DNA of 56,970 bases from Macrostomum lignano (lineage: Eukaryota): positions 1-56,970 of the forward strand of contig NIVC01002328.1 of the NCBI GenBank assembly GCA_002269645.1. The letters are read 5' to 3'. The translations under genes and the position numbers were made by a program. The notes below the pieces were generated by a model, which did no database searches, had not been told where the DNA came from, and worked only from the letters and a program-made list of their open reading frames with translations. Positions 28,186 through 41,089 of the stretch are shown in pieces (within the stretch, counting starts at the first letter, position 1; each line of letters begins with the position of its first letter).

Positions 28186-30810
28186 TCACAGATGCCGCAG
28201 CTCATTCTCCAGGCCGTACATCATCGCTTTGAGCTGTTTAAGCTCGTCGCCCAGCTGCTTAGACCGGCCGGAGGTGGCCCGCACCTCCTTCAACAGGGCC
28301 ATGTCGACGCCGTCGGCACCAACATCGGCGGCCCCGCCGCCGGCTGGACGCAACAGTCGGGCGCCGTTTGTTACGCTGTCGCCCAGTCCGATGGTCAGCT
28401 TGTACAGCTGACGCTCGACGCCGCGCAGCTTCTGTCTGAGCTGTTGAATGTCGGTTTTGAAGCCTTCGACTTCTAGATTGCGCCGACGTTCCAGCTCGGC
28501 GTAGCGCTGGTTCATCAGCTGCAGGCGGCCGCCGATTTTGCTGGCCCGGTCTTTGTAGAGATCGGCGGCCGACTCGCGCTCCTCCCGCAGCCTGCACAGC
28601 TGGTCCTCGGCCTGCACCACCTGCGGTTGGCGGCAGCGGGGTCTGGGGTGTCAGGGAGACCCTCCAACACAATGGTCTGGGGTGTCAGGGGGATCCTCCA
28701 ACACAATGGTCTGGGGTGTCAGGGAGACCCTCCAACACAATGGTCTGGGGTGTCAGGGGGATCCTCCAACACAATGGTCTGGGGTGTCCCCAGACCATAC
28801 ATATCGGCCAGCTCACCTGCTCCCTATACATATCGGCCAGCTCACCTGCTCCCTATACATATCGGCCAGCTCACCTGCTCCCTATACATATCGGCCAGCT
28901 CACCTGCTCCCTATACATATCGGCCAGCTCACCTGCTCCCTATACATATCGGCCAGCTCACCTGCTCCCTATACATATCGGCCAGCTCAGTCTGCTGCTG
29001 CAGCTGATACTCCAAAGTTTTGACCTGCTGTCTCAGTTCGTCAACCACAGCCGACTGCTCAGCTTTGGCCCAGCTGGCCTCAGCCTGTCCGGAGACCAGC
29101 TGCCGCAGGCGCTCCCGCTCAGATGGGGTATTCTGATACCTGGGCCGGCGAGTCTCAATCTCCTGAAGTAGGCGGGCCTTCTCCTGTATCCAGGTCTTCT
29201 CTGCCTGCTTGTGCACTTTGCGCTGCTCCAATAAATCTTTAGTACTGTCTTGCAGCATCTCCTGGGCCCGTTTGAGCTTGTCGGCAAGCTCTTTGATCTT
29301 GTCCTGATCCCGATCCCGGCTGGAATCCGCTTCCATTGCGCGAATACGCCGGTCCTCCATTAGTGCGTTAACCTGCGGGATTGTGTGGGAGTTTAACATG
29401 AGCTTACCAATGACCGGTGCTCACGTGACTACAGAAATTGGTCATGATCGATGCTAATATGACTAGAAATGAGACACGACATGACATTATTTGAAAGCGG
29501 TGCAATGATCACAATTCTGTAATGACATTATTCTAATGACTAGAAAGGGGTGTAATGACCATTATTCTAATGACTAAAAAGGGGTGTAATGAATAAAAAC
29601 ATACAAAAAAGAGAATAGGAACGGACACATAACTAGATCAGAGCCTACAGTAATACAGATAAAAGAAGCAGACCCCACTCACTCACCTGCTCCTTAGACA
29701 GTTTAGCCTGCTCCTCCAGCTGGCTCTGCAGCGAGTGCAGCTGCAGCCGGAGCGAGTCGCACTCCCTCAGCACAGCTTCGTGCTCCAACGCTGGCACAGT
29801 TTTGCGCAACGCTTCAGGCAACGCCTGAGCAGCGCGTAGCAACTGCGGATTAGCCGACTTAGCGGCCTGTTGCACCTGGCCGGGCAGTTTCTGGGGCACA
29901 ACGGCCACGTCTGGCGGCTCCTTGAGGAAATAAGTGACTTCGCTGTCGCTAACGCCGGAAATTTGCAACAGATGGGCCATCTTCTTTCTATCTTGCAGCT
30001 CTTTGATCTTCAATCGGTCATTCTCGGCGTATAGGCGAAGTACTTGGTCGCGCTCCTTGAGGGGGAAATAAGGCAAGTTTTGTTTTATACTACTGAGTGG
30101 AGTAATCAGTAGTAACTATAGAATTGAGTTTTTCAAATTAAATTGTGCCCAAATATGATTATTGAATGCCGAAAGTACAAAGCATTTTTAGATGCATGAA
30201 AGTTGCATCCTCCAGACGGACTCCCTTGAGCAGGCACAAAAGCGCGTGGATACGTATGCAGTCAAACGCACAGACACACACTCACACAGGAGTGTACAGC
30301 GGCCCTAACTTTCGGTCATGTGAGAAGCTTATAGTTATCGTGAAAGTGATTAACGCCATTGCCTCTTACCTGGAATAGGTACACCTGCAGATCAGACAGG
30401 GCCTTCTGCAGTTCGGCAATCTCGTCCTCGCGCTGGCGCAGCTCCCACTGCAGCCGGTGCTGGTCGCCGCAGGCGGCACTAAATTCCTGCAGCCGATGCT
30501 CCAGCTGCTGATGATCGGCATCGAGGTCTTGAACTTTCCGCCTGTAGTAATCCAGCAGCTCCTTGGACGGCTGCATCAGGGCCAGACGGGCACCGAGATC
30601 GTCGCGCGGCGTCGGAGACTGACGGCCGTGACTAGCTGACGCTGTCGGCGCCGGTTGCGTTGGCGCCGACGAAGTTGGAGCGGTTTGTGCGCCGCTGCTA
30701 CTGGCGCCACGCTTTGATGTCGCCGCAGGAGTTTGGCGCGTTGACGGCTTCACCGACCGCCTGTTTGGCGCCTGCGCCTGCTGTTTCTGCTTGGTCTGTT
30801 CAGGCAGCAA
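28186..30810 (-). CDS. CCDC77: Coiled-coil domain-containing protein 77; exons approx. 30810-30370, 30055-29687, 29372-28962, 28620-28186 (start codon not fixed)
   Basis: PSKELLDYYRRK, QREDEIAELQKALSDLQVYLFQ|ERDQVLRLYAENDRLKIKEL, LERRRNLEVEGFKTDI, YGLENELRHL match CCDC77; GT-AG junctions join in frame. Confidence 0.92.
28641..28790. repeat. Intronic minisatellite, 35-bp unit
   Basis: GGTCTGGGGTGTCAGGGxGAxCCTCCAACACAAT, about 4 copies. Confidence 0.92.
28797..28989. repeat. 29-bp tandem repeat containing the CCDC77 splice donor
   Basis: TATACATATCGGCCAGCTCACCTGCTCCC, about 6.5 copies. Confidence 0.93.
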
Positions 30811-31041
30811 TTGTCATTATATAAGACACTTTAGCATACATGCTTAACACCCAGTAAGTCTGGCCAAGGAAAGTCGAAATAACGCCGACCCGAAACAATA
30901 CAAACGTAGTACTAATTAGATGACAAGGCATTTAGCCTTAATAATACATCTATAGTTACTCCTGTCATTTACCCAAAATTACGTGAATTTGGTTTAGGGT
31001 TTCTTTCATAGGTAAGTCGCATTTTTTGGTCAAAAAGTAAG

Positions 31042-32010
31042 TTGCAGTTGTCACTACAGGCAGTTGTCATGCAGGCAATTGTCACTGCAGGCAGTTTTCA
31101 TGCAGGCAGTTGTCACTGCAGGCAGTTTTCATGCAGGCAGTTGTCACTGCAGGCAGTTGTCATGCAGGCAATTGTCATGCAAGCAGTTGTCATGCAGGCA
31201 GTTGTTGTGCAGGCAATTGTCACTGCAGGCAGTTTTCATGCAGGCAGTTGTCACTGCAGGCAGTTTTCATGCAGGCAGTTGTCACTACAGGCAGTTGTCA
31301 TGCAGGCAATTGTCACTGCAGGCAGTTGTCACTGCAGGCAGTTTTCATGCAGGCAGTTGTCACTGCAGGCAGTTTTCATGCAGGCAGTTGTCATGCAGGC
31401 AGTTGTCACTGCAGGCAGTTTTCATGCAGGCAGTTGTCACTGCAGGCAGTTTTCATGCAGGCAGTTGTCATGCAGGCAGTTGTCACTGCAGGCAGTTGTC
31501 ATGCAGGCAGTTGTCATGCAGGCAGTTGTCATGCAGGCAGTTGTCACTGCAGGCAGTTGTCATGCAGGCAATTGTCATGCAAGCAGTTGTCATGCAGGCA
31601 GTTGTTGTGCAGGCAATTGTCACTGCAGGCAGTTTTCATGCAGGCAGTTGTCACTGCAGGCAGTTGTCACTGCAGGCAGTTTTCATGCAGGCAGTTGTCA
31701 TGCAGGCAGTTGTCACTGCAGGCAGTTGTCATGCAGGCAGTTGTCATGCAGGCAGTTGTCATGCAGGCAGTTGTCACTGCAGGCAGTTGTCATGCAGGCA
31801 ATTGTCATGCAAGCAGTTGTCATGCAGGCAGTTGTTGTGCAGGCAGTTGTCACTGCAGGCAGTTTTCATGCAGGCAGTTGTCACTACAGGCAGTTGTCAT
31901 GCAGGCAGTTGTCATGCAGGCAGTTGTCACTGCAGGCAGTTGTCATGCAAGCAGTTGTCATGCAAGCAGTTGTTGCGCAAGCAGTTGTTGTGCAGGCAAT
32001 TGTGCATAAG
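31042..32010. repeat. Minisatellite, 15-bp unit (GCAGGCAGTTGTCA[T/CT])
   Basis: About 65 units. Confidence 0.95.
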
Positions 32011-32839
32011 TAATTGTTGTAAGAACTGTATCTAAAATTTCAGCCATAGACACTCATGGGTGATTATGTGATGGCTCTTTCATTTTAATGATTAATGACT
32101 CTTTCATGGAGGCATTCCTAGATGCAATGCCTTATGGGTGTTTCCTCCACTATGCTTAGGCAATGTTAGCAAAGATGAAAAAAATTGGGCTATATATAGA
32201 GATATTTGCCACAACGTGACTTGACTATCTAAGGTAAAGAAATAAGAGCTCAATGAAATTGTCTTTAAGTTTATACTAAACAAAGTTAGAAGTTTTACAT
32301 TGAAACAAATTACTTGGGGAAATTTTAGGTCTAGCATTAGGGAAAAAAATCTTACTTTTATAATGTTAGAACAAATTTTGAGACTAATATTATATAGTAT
32401 TACAATTAAAAATGATGCAGCTACTTGTTTAAAATATTAATGATTTATTAATAGGCCCTAAAAAGATTAGGCATATATCTAATAATAATGATAATTAATT
32501 GGTTTTTTTCTATATTTTATTTTAAATTTTAGAACTAAATTAGCTAATTTAAGTTTAGATTATCTTTATTAATTTTTATTTAAAGTTTTATAATAGCCAC
32601 AATTTAGCTTTGACTTTGTTTGAGTTTTGAGCATATTGATAAATAATATCTAAAAAATGCAAAGACTAGCTAGGGCCTAAGAGCTATACCCTGTTGACTA
32701 TTCTTATAATCTTATATTTATAGGGGCCTAAAGCAATAATATTGGCCCTGGCCTAGGCCTAAGCTGCCTAACTAACATATCTGCAAGAGCCAAGCAGCAT
32801 GTTTAAATATTATATAGATTTAAATTTATAGTTTTTATA

Positions 32840-33938
32840 TGTAAAGGGCCTCTCCCGATTTCTTTATCAATTAGTCACCGGTTAGCCAAATTAAACTCAC
32901 GCAAAAACTAAGAAATATATTTTGTTTTACTACTCGTATTTTCAAAAATATTTCACGCAAATTAATTTTTGTTTTAAATCATCGTAAAAATTAGTATAAA
33001 TAGAAGCGTTTTCGGTGGAGGGAGAACCAACCTCGCGCATTGCAGTTCAATAATAAAACAGTTGATAGCTAATAATAAGAGTTCCAAGAAAATCTAATTG
33101 AAGAGGTGTTTTCTGTGTTAATTCCTTTTAAGAAGTAAGAGTGAAATAGACTGAAGCGTATACAGTATATACTATTGAGAAGCAGCAGTATTGAGTAGTA
33201 AGAGAATATGAAGTAGATCTGAAGTCATACGTGTAAGAATAACCGGAGGCTGTGACCCTCTGATCTCGGTAACACCCAAGGACTTGCAAAGTACATGAAA
33301 TACATATACCAGTATAGCCAATAGACCACTCAGGCCAGAATAATAATAAACGCTACCAGAACAATAGTAAATGCTACTGGAATAACAGGAGAACGAGAAC
33401 AATTGTAAGGGCTAAATAATATTCTAAGAACAATATACTCAGATAAATACTCAGACTAAATACTCAGATAAATACTCAGACTAAATACTCAGATAAATAC
33501 TCAGACTAAATACTCAGATAAATACTCAGACTAAATACTCAGATAAATACTCAGATAAATACTCAGACTAAATACTCAGATAAATACTCAGACTAAATAC
33601 TCAGATAAATACTCAGACTAAATACTCAGATAAATACTCAGACTAAATACTCAGATAAATACTCAGACTAAATACTCAGATAAATACTCAGACTAAATAC
33701 TCAGATCAATTCTAAGAAACATTTCTCGGATTATTCTAAGATTGATAAACTCATAATTTATTAATAGGATAATCCTGGTGGCAGCTACCAACTTAAAAGA
33801 TTAGTGTAGGAAGTTTAGCCCTCTGACAATCCTGGTGGCAGCTAGTAAGGCTAAACAAAAGAATAATTAGGAGCCCTGGGACAGCTTTTGGTAACAACAG
33901 TGGGATATTATTAAGAAGGAAGAATCACCCCTGTTACA
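32840..33938 (+). repeat. 5' LTR (1099 bp) with expanded AAATACTCAGA[T/CT] array at ~33433-33706
   Basis: Near-identical to the 3' LTR except for array length. Confidence 0.92.
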
Positions 33939-34026
33939 GCTTTTGGTGGCAGCGGTGGGATCAGAGAAATGGCGAAGAACTCCGGCAATTTAAGATCAGT
34001 AAGAAATTTTAAGATTAAGAAAAGAG

Positions 34027-34888
34027 ATGGCTAATGCCAATGATGCAATCGCTATGTTAGCTGAAGAACTACGAAACAGATTAGAATTAGGGCCGCAAAG
34101 GCATGTGAAAATCCAGAAATTCACGCCTGGCCAAGATATTAGGATTTGGCTGACTGCATTTGACCAGCGCTGTGAAGCTGAGGGAATTGAAGAAGATCAC
34201 CGGAAGCAAGAGCTTCTCGCGAACCTCGACCTGGCTACTGCGTTTGCAGCAGTTCAGCGTCTGAACCTCCCAGATGATCTGGAGTACGAAGAGTTTAAGG
34301 AGAGACTTATAGAGCGCTTTGGTAGAATCGGAAGTTCAGCAGAGTTTAGAGAAGAATTTAGAGGCCGAATGCAAGGCAGGAATGAGTTGGTAGAATCGTA
34401 CACCGACTGTTTAATTGAGCTAGCTTCGCGAGCCTTCCCGAACATGACTGTGGAACAGCGGGAAGAGGAGATCGTGGAACAATTCATCAAGGGTGTCAGA
34501 ATTCCACCGGAAACTAATCTACAGGAAGCCAGAAGGATGTTGAGGAGAATGGAAGCAGCCTGGAACATGTCACGCAGGAATTCAGGCATGAGAGTGGCTA
34601 GGAACGAGGAAGAGCAAGAACAGAAGAGGGCTGAACAGGAAAGGCTGGAAGAGATCATTAAAAAGCAGAAGTTTGAGATCGAACAGCAGATGTGTTCCGC
34701 CACAGTATGGAGCGCAGGCGCGACAGCAAATGTTCGCGCGGCAGCAGCACCCGAACCAGGGTCAGCCGAGACAACATCCGCAGACTTGCTATAGCTGCGG
34801 GAAGATTGGCCACTTTGCAAAGCAGTGCAGGAGTGCCAAGCAGAACGTTCCGCAGATGTCGAATCATCAGAATAATCAGGGAAACTGA
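34027..34888 (+). pseudogene. Gypsy gag with CCHC zinc knuckle (frameshifted)
   Basis: KIQKFTPGQDIRIWL...; CYSCGKIGHFAKQC in the next frame. Confidence 0.85.
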
Positions 34889-34992
34889 GAAGCGAGGGCC
34901 GAATTACGAGGCCACGTCCCTCCAGCGAAATCCAGAGCAAAATTCAGGCCTCTGAATTCGTAAATAATGCGTACAAAGTTAGCAATCAGTAC

Positions 34993-35700
34993 ATGTATAG
35001 GCCATGCGAGGATTATAATAAGTTCAGAAAACCAAACAAAAAACATGCGAATGCACATACAGTACCGAATGTAAATACTACGCGTGCACCTATTTGCTCA
35101 CCTAAGAAAAGTACTCCAAGCCCGAGAGAAGAGTACGTCAAGATGAATGAAAGTATAGATGAAGAAGTTATTACTAGCGCAGAGAAGAAAGGAAGAGAAG
35201 CAGTTATCGATGGAAAGATTCGTAAGCAGAACATCCGTTTCTTACTAGACACAGGAGCCGGTCACAACTTCTTAAGTAAGAGTAATTGGAGAAGAGTATG
35301 CAGAGAACAGGAGATCAGGCCATCTGATCGGAGAGTAACCGCTTTCGATGGAGCAAGAGTACAGATCGAAGGAGAAGTGTCAGTGACAGTAATGTTCGGA
35401 GAGATAGAGATTGAGACCGACTTCCTGCTGTGCAATCACGAATGCGATGATATTTTAGGAATGGAGTTCTTCATGAACTTCTTCATTTTGCGAGAGTATG
35501 AGCTTTGATAAAGGAATGATGATTTTAAAAACAGGAGAATGTATCCCAATGCAGTTTACTAAGTTGCCGGTACGAGTTTGCCGAGTATACTGCCATGACA
35601 AAGTAGTTGTGCCAGCTAATAGTGCTTTAAGAATACCAGTCAAATTAGCCAAAAGGGCGGAAGTAACTACGGTACGCCGATGATGATCGAGACGGCTAAA
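34993..35700 (+). pseudogene. Gypsy aspartic protease region
   Basis: FLLDTGAGHNF and DILGMEF. Confidence 0.85.
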
Positions 35701-35761
35701 GGACATATTCCAGTAAACGAAGACTCACTGGATATAGTCTAGTAGAGTATGGTCTAGTAAC

Positions 35762-36730
35762 GTGCCTAGTAGAGAAAGACCATTCCGATTGGGATCTGTA
35801 ATTCCCGCAGCTTTGGTAGCTGTGCGTACCAGTGTGAACCAGACTACCGGGTTCACCCCGCACTACCTGCTATTCGGTAGAGAAGCAGACCTAAGGATAG
35901 ACAGCATTATCCGAAAACCTAGGCTATACTATGACTATCCAAGCTACGTGCTGAGTCATGCCGAAAGACTTGAAGAAGCGCAGAAAATCGTGCAGAAAAA
36001 GTTAGAAAAAGTGAGAGACCGACGAGAAGGAGACAATGCTGAGAATAAACCACCGAAGCATGTACCGGTTGGATGCCTCGCATTGATCAATAATCCGCAG
36101 TTACATAGCGAGGAAAGTCACAAGTTCCATCGCAAGAAAAGAGCAGCATTCAGGGTACTTGCGCAAATTTCTGAAACAGTCTTCCGAGTGCAAAGAGAGA
36201 TAGACGGAGTGAGAAGTGGCGAGAAGATGCTCGTGCATCGGAACAATCTCACCCCAGTGCCTAACTCAGAAATAGACTTACTGGACGAACAGAACAAAGA
36301 AGCAGAACCAAAAGAAAAGCCAACTAACAAGCAGAAAAAGAAGGAACTGAAAATTCAGAGAGGGCCAAAGCAACAGCGACAGCCAAATCGGACAGGAAAA
36401 CAGATGGAGCCAGCCAAAGTATTAAGCGAAAGTTCCGAAGACGAAAGAATCCAGTGGAGAACCAGAACAATCGATCCGAATGAAGATGAGATTGAGCAGA
36501 ATGAGATAGAAGAACCAAACGAAGAAGAATCTGAGCAAGAAGATGAGTCAATAGGTAGTGAGAAAACTGAGCCAGCCGAAACAGATGACGCATTAGAATT
36601 AGATAGGAGAGAAAGAAATGAAGACGAAAGGATTGAGCATAGGCCGCATTATAATCTGAGACCAAGAAGTGAGAGAGTTGTCACCTCAGGATTCGCCCCC
36701 CGCAGGCGATACGCCCATTATCTAAAATGA
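35762..36730 (+). pseudogene. Gypsy integrase C-terminal remnant plus acidic tail
   Basis: AVRTSVNQTTGFTPHYLLFGRE; ends HYNLRPR. Confidence 0.85.
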
Positions 36731-36954
36731 TAAAAATTTCATCATGCCAATTATTAAATTGTAAATAGATTTGCTTAAAAATCAAAATTGCTCTATGAAT
36801 CTGTTGTAAAATAAAATTGACAAAATATAAAAAGTTTAAAAAAATTAAAAACACAAAAACATTGCGTATTACTAGTAGTAGAAAGGAGAGAATGGTGTGA
36901 AGAAATCTGAAGTCAGTAAAAATCCTAGCAACGCTTAGCAACGGTGCGCCGCTC

Positions 36955-37090
36955 TGAGCCAATGAGCCCGCGAAGCGAACGCTAGAAAGCCACTATGGTA
37001 GACGGACACGTGACCCCATTAAACCCCTCGAAAGCGAAAGCGCGAACACAACGATGCGGTCCAGTTTTTCGGCTGGCCGCATATAAATAC
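36955..37090 (+). promoter_or_regulatory. Putative internal Pol II promoter (CCAAT + TATA) for the Gypsy extra ORF
   Basis: GAGCCAATGA at ~36957 and ATATAAATA at 37081, ~85 nt before the ATG at 37174. Confidence 0.4.
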
Positions 37091-37173
37091 GAAACCCCAT
37101 AGAGCTCTCAGAACCCTATACTTCACAGTAATTAGCTCTCTATTAGAACGTAAGGAATTTCATTGTAAAAATT

Positions 37174-38155
37174 ATGAGCAATTACGTAGATAATATCTTA
37201 GAAGAATTGCTGGGCGGAGCACTGTCGGATAGCGACTTATCAGGAGACGAAGCTCCAAGACAGCCAGCCCCAGCTCCAAGACCGCCGACTCCGCCGCCAG
37301 CTCCAAGACCGCCGACTCCGCCAGCCCCGAGCGCGTCAAGTCCGCGAGAAAGACCGTCAGCATCAGCGGAGATTGAGGCACCATTGCGTTGTTCTACACG
37401 ACCGAAACTGCCAGGAGACTCCAGTAAGCGGCCGAGGCCACCGTCGCCAACGTTGAGCCAGCGACTGCAGGTGAATGGCCCGACACCGCCAAAGCGGGCT
37501 GCCATCCTGCAGGCCGCTGCCGCTGCCCCTGTGCGAGTCTACGCGGCACCCTCGATCGAGTCAAGGATCGGCAGCCGGCAGCGCTGCACCCGAGCGTCGG
37601 ACGGTTCAGCTTCAGCCTCCAGCAAATGCTCCACCGTCAGGACGACGTCAGCAGGCTGCCGCCGCTGCTACGCCTCGCCAGCAGGCTGCCGCCGCTGCTG
37701 AGCCTCGCCAGCAGGCTGCCGCCGCTGCTGCGCCTCGCCAGCAGGCTGCCGCGGCTGCCCCTCGTCAGCAGGCCACCGCTGCACCACGACCGCCATGACC
37801 AGAGCTCGCCGGAAGCTACCAGGAGGTGGCTCAGCGACTCCTTGAGACAGGCGAACCGGTCGAGAGGGTTCGCTTCGGCCTGATGCAGTACTTGCAGCGC
37901 ATCGGCCACCTGCGTCTGGATCAAGCTCTGCCACAACGTTCGCAGGCTTGGGCCGCCATCAAAGCACTGCGCGAACTCTGCTCATCGACTGAGGCAGTGG
38001 CGCTTCTCCAGCACATTGCTGAAGATCTCCAGCGCGTTATGAGGGCTGACTCGCAGGTAACTCAGCGACGCCTACTAAACATTAAGTTTCATTGGATTTT
38101 TGGCCTCCTAGGATGGCCCTATTTTCGCAATCTCCCGAACCCTTGCAAGTTCTAA
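37174..38155 (+). CDS. Gypsy additional ORF (Pro/Ser-rich N-terminus, helical C-terminus; frameshifted)
   Basis: ORF pieces 37174-37701, 37626-37883 and 37826-38155 between pol and the PPT. Confidence 0.5.
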
Positions 38156-38506
38156 GCAGGCTTTTTCATTATGTTACTGACGTGCTTTTAGTCATCTCTG
38201 TTGTATTTTTCTATGTCATTCTCTAATAGTTTACTAGTTTTCTTTCTGCTTTATTCACTTAGTGTCTATACATGATTTAGTGTTTTATTCTTTGCCTACT
38301 TATTTTTTGTGCCGTACATAGTGCTTTATTTTTCTATTACATAGCTTTGTGCCTAGTATTCATGTATTGTGATGACTCCATAGTTCAATTCTTTATTCAC
38401 TGTTTAGTTGTTTTATTGCACCTTTTCTTGCATCAGATCAAACATTTTCACTCGCTTACTAATAGTAGTAACCTTGTTTAATTTTTTTTATTTAGGGGAG
38501 GCAGGT

Positions 38507-39406
38507 TGTAAAGGGCCCCTCCCGATTTCTTTATCAAATAGTCACCGGTTAGCCAAATTAAACTCATGCCAAAACTAAGAAATATATTTTGTTTTACTAC
38601 TCGTATTTTCAAAAATATTTCACGCAAATTAATTTTTGTTTTAAATCATTGTAAAAATTAGTAGGCCCTATAAATAGAAGCGTTTTCGGTGGAGGGAGAA
38701 CCAACCTCGCGCATTGCAGTTCAATAATAAAACAGTTGATAGCTAATAATAAGAGTTCCGAGAAAATCTAATTGAAGAGGTGTTTTCTGTGTTAATTCCT
38801 TTTAAGAAGTAAGAGTGAAATAGACTGAAGCGTATACAGTATATACTATTGAGAAGCAGCAGTATTGAGTAGTAAGAGAATACGAAGTAGATCTGAAGTC
38901 ATACGTGTAAGAATAACCGGAGGCTATGACCCTCTGATCTTGGTAATGCCCAAGGACTTGCAAAGTACATGAAATACATATACCAGTATAGCCAATAGAC
39001 CACTCAGGCCAGAATAATAATAAACGCTACCAGAACAATAGTAAACGCTACTGGAATAACAGGAGAATGAGAACAATTGTAAGGGCTAAATAATATTCTA
39101 AAAACAATATACTCAGATAAATACTCAGACTAAATACTCAGATAAATACTCAGACTAAATACTCAGATCAATTCTAAGAAACATTTCTCGGATTATTCTA
39201 AGATTGATAAATTCATAATTTATTAATAGGATAATCCTGGTGGCAGCTACCAACTTAAAAGATTAGTGTAGGAAGTTTAGCCCTCTGACAATCCTAGTGG
39301 CAGCTAGTAAGGCTAAACAAAATAATAATTAGGAGCCCTGGGACAGCTTTTGGTAACAACAGTGGGATATTATTAGGCCTAAGAAGGAAGAATCACCCCT
39401 GTTACA
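38507..39406 (+). repeat. 3' LTR (900 bp)
   Basis: Matches the 5' LTR. Confidence 0.92.
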
Positions 39407-39909
39407 TATACTTTATCTTTATATTTATTAATTATAGCATGCTTGATAATATATATTTTTTTATTAACAATTTAGTAAAATAGTAGGCCCTAAATTGGCC
39501 TAATATAAAGGAACCAGAAGATTTGGAGGAAATGAAAGATTAATCCTGCAGTTAAAAGCAAAACAAAAAAATAAACTATACAGTCCACCTTAAGCTTAGT
39601 CCTAGAGTCGAGATCCAAGCCTAAGCCTAAAAGCCTAGTATACTGTATACACTATACACATAGATAGGTCTAGCCTAGGTAGGCAGGCAGCTAGGGGGCC
39701 TCGCCGGCTCGCCCTCGCGTTGGCCGTTGGGCCTACTATGTCATGTGGCTAAATCTGTAGACAACCTGTGGGCTGTGGTTTACTTAATAGACTGCAGGGG
39801 TAAAAAGCTCAGTAAAATGTATCCCATAAACAGTCTATTTTCTTAACAGTTAACCGAATTTTATACTGAGACATGTACTGTTAGGAGAGTTATGGCCTGA
39901 TATATGGTA

Positions 39910-39934
39910 GGGTAAAACATCATCAACCGGACAA
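39910..39934 (+). repeat. DNA-transposon-like TIR (GGGTAAAACATCATCAACCGGACAA), TA-flanked
   Basis: Perfect reverse complement at 56057-56081. Confidence 0.7.
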
Positions 39935-41089
39935 GAAAGTCATGTTTTAAAAAATAAAACTGAATTTGTGAATTATATTTCGCAGATATAAAAGCCCAAG
40001 AAAAACAAAGTTGTAGAAAACTTTCTCAGCTTTAAAAAAAGTTTTGACTTAAGTATTTTGGTTCAGAAAAAAATAAATTATTGCCGTTTTTAATCCAAAA
40101 CCGGACAATGATGTACGTGTATCTTCAAACTGGACGGTGCATTCGATGTCCGGTTTTAAAGTTTTAATTGTACTAGTAGCTTCTATTTTGAGGCATAATA
40201 CTTACAACTTATGTTGCTAGAAAGATAAATTACTATACTATATTTGTGTGCAGTTTCATCTAATTTGACTTAGAAAAAGAGCCTATTTTAGTTCTTCAAA
40301 GTAGGTTACCCAAAATTTTGTCCAAAGTTCGTTTTTTCTACTGCATAGGATACACTATGCTTTTAGCCAAACAAGCATGCTAAATCGGGGAGGTAAACAA
40401 TATAAATGATGTACATACCTCTGCATTGTTGGTTTTGAATGAATTTTGGCCTTGATTTTGTAATAGGAGGTACAGTTAGGCTATGAATCTACATCCCTCC
40501 ACTGCATGTCTGCTTACAAAGTACTGTTTAACATGTGGCAGCATTTTTATTGTAAGTAGTTTTTTGCTTGAAACCTACAAAAATGTTCCTATAGAGCGTT
40601 ACTTTCCGATGAGTGGCAACAAACCCATCTGGTTTCTTTCTGTCGTTAAAAAATTTAAAAATATGATTTTCATAGTGCAAAATGTCGAGAAAAAAATAAA
40701 AACAGTTTCTGTTTGTGCGTAAAACTCTTCATATGCTACTGCTAACTGAAGAAGTAGTCTAACTAGCACATAAAACTCGCTGATTAATTTCAGATATCAT
40801 CACAAATCGCGAGAACGGCCCTACTTAAAAATTTGTTTGCCCTAGTAAGATCAAATGAAGTACATATGGGAGAAAAGATCGGTAAAACAGCATTTTGCTG
40901 ATGAGACTTAAAAAAAGTTAATTAATAATTTAACGGTGTAATCATTCGTTGAGTTGCTTATGTTACGAGTATAAGACTATGCAGACTCGGAACAAGGATA
41001 CTCGGGGAAAGAGAAACGTCTGGTAGGGCGCGCAGCCAGGATTTTTATTCAAGGTCGCGTGTACAGGCGCTGATAGATTGCCGAAACAG

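Larger units (their letters stand above)
32840..39406 (+). mobile_element. Ty3/Gypsy LTR retrotransposon, internally deleted (no RT/RNase H), with an extra 3' ORF
   Basis: TG...CA LTRs at 32840-33938 and 38507-39406; 4-bp TSD TATA; PBS TGGTGGCAGCGGTGGGAT (complementary to a tRNA-Leu 3' end); PPT AGGGGAGGCAGG. Confidence 0.93.

Noticed and set aside
35731-35739. GATATAGTC resembling a group I S element at the Gypsy deletion junction
   Set aside because: No P, Q or R partners nearby; chance match.
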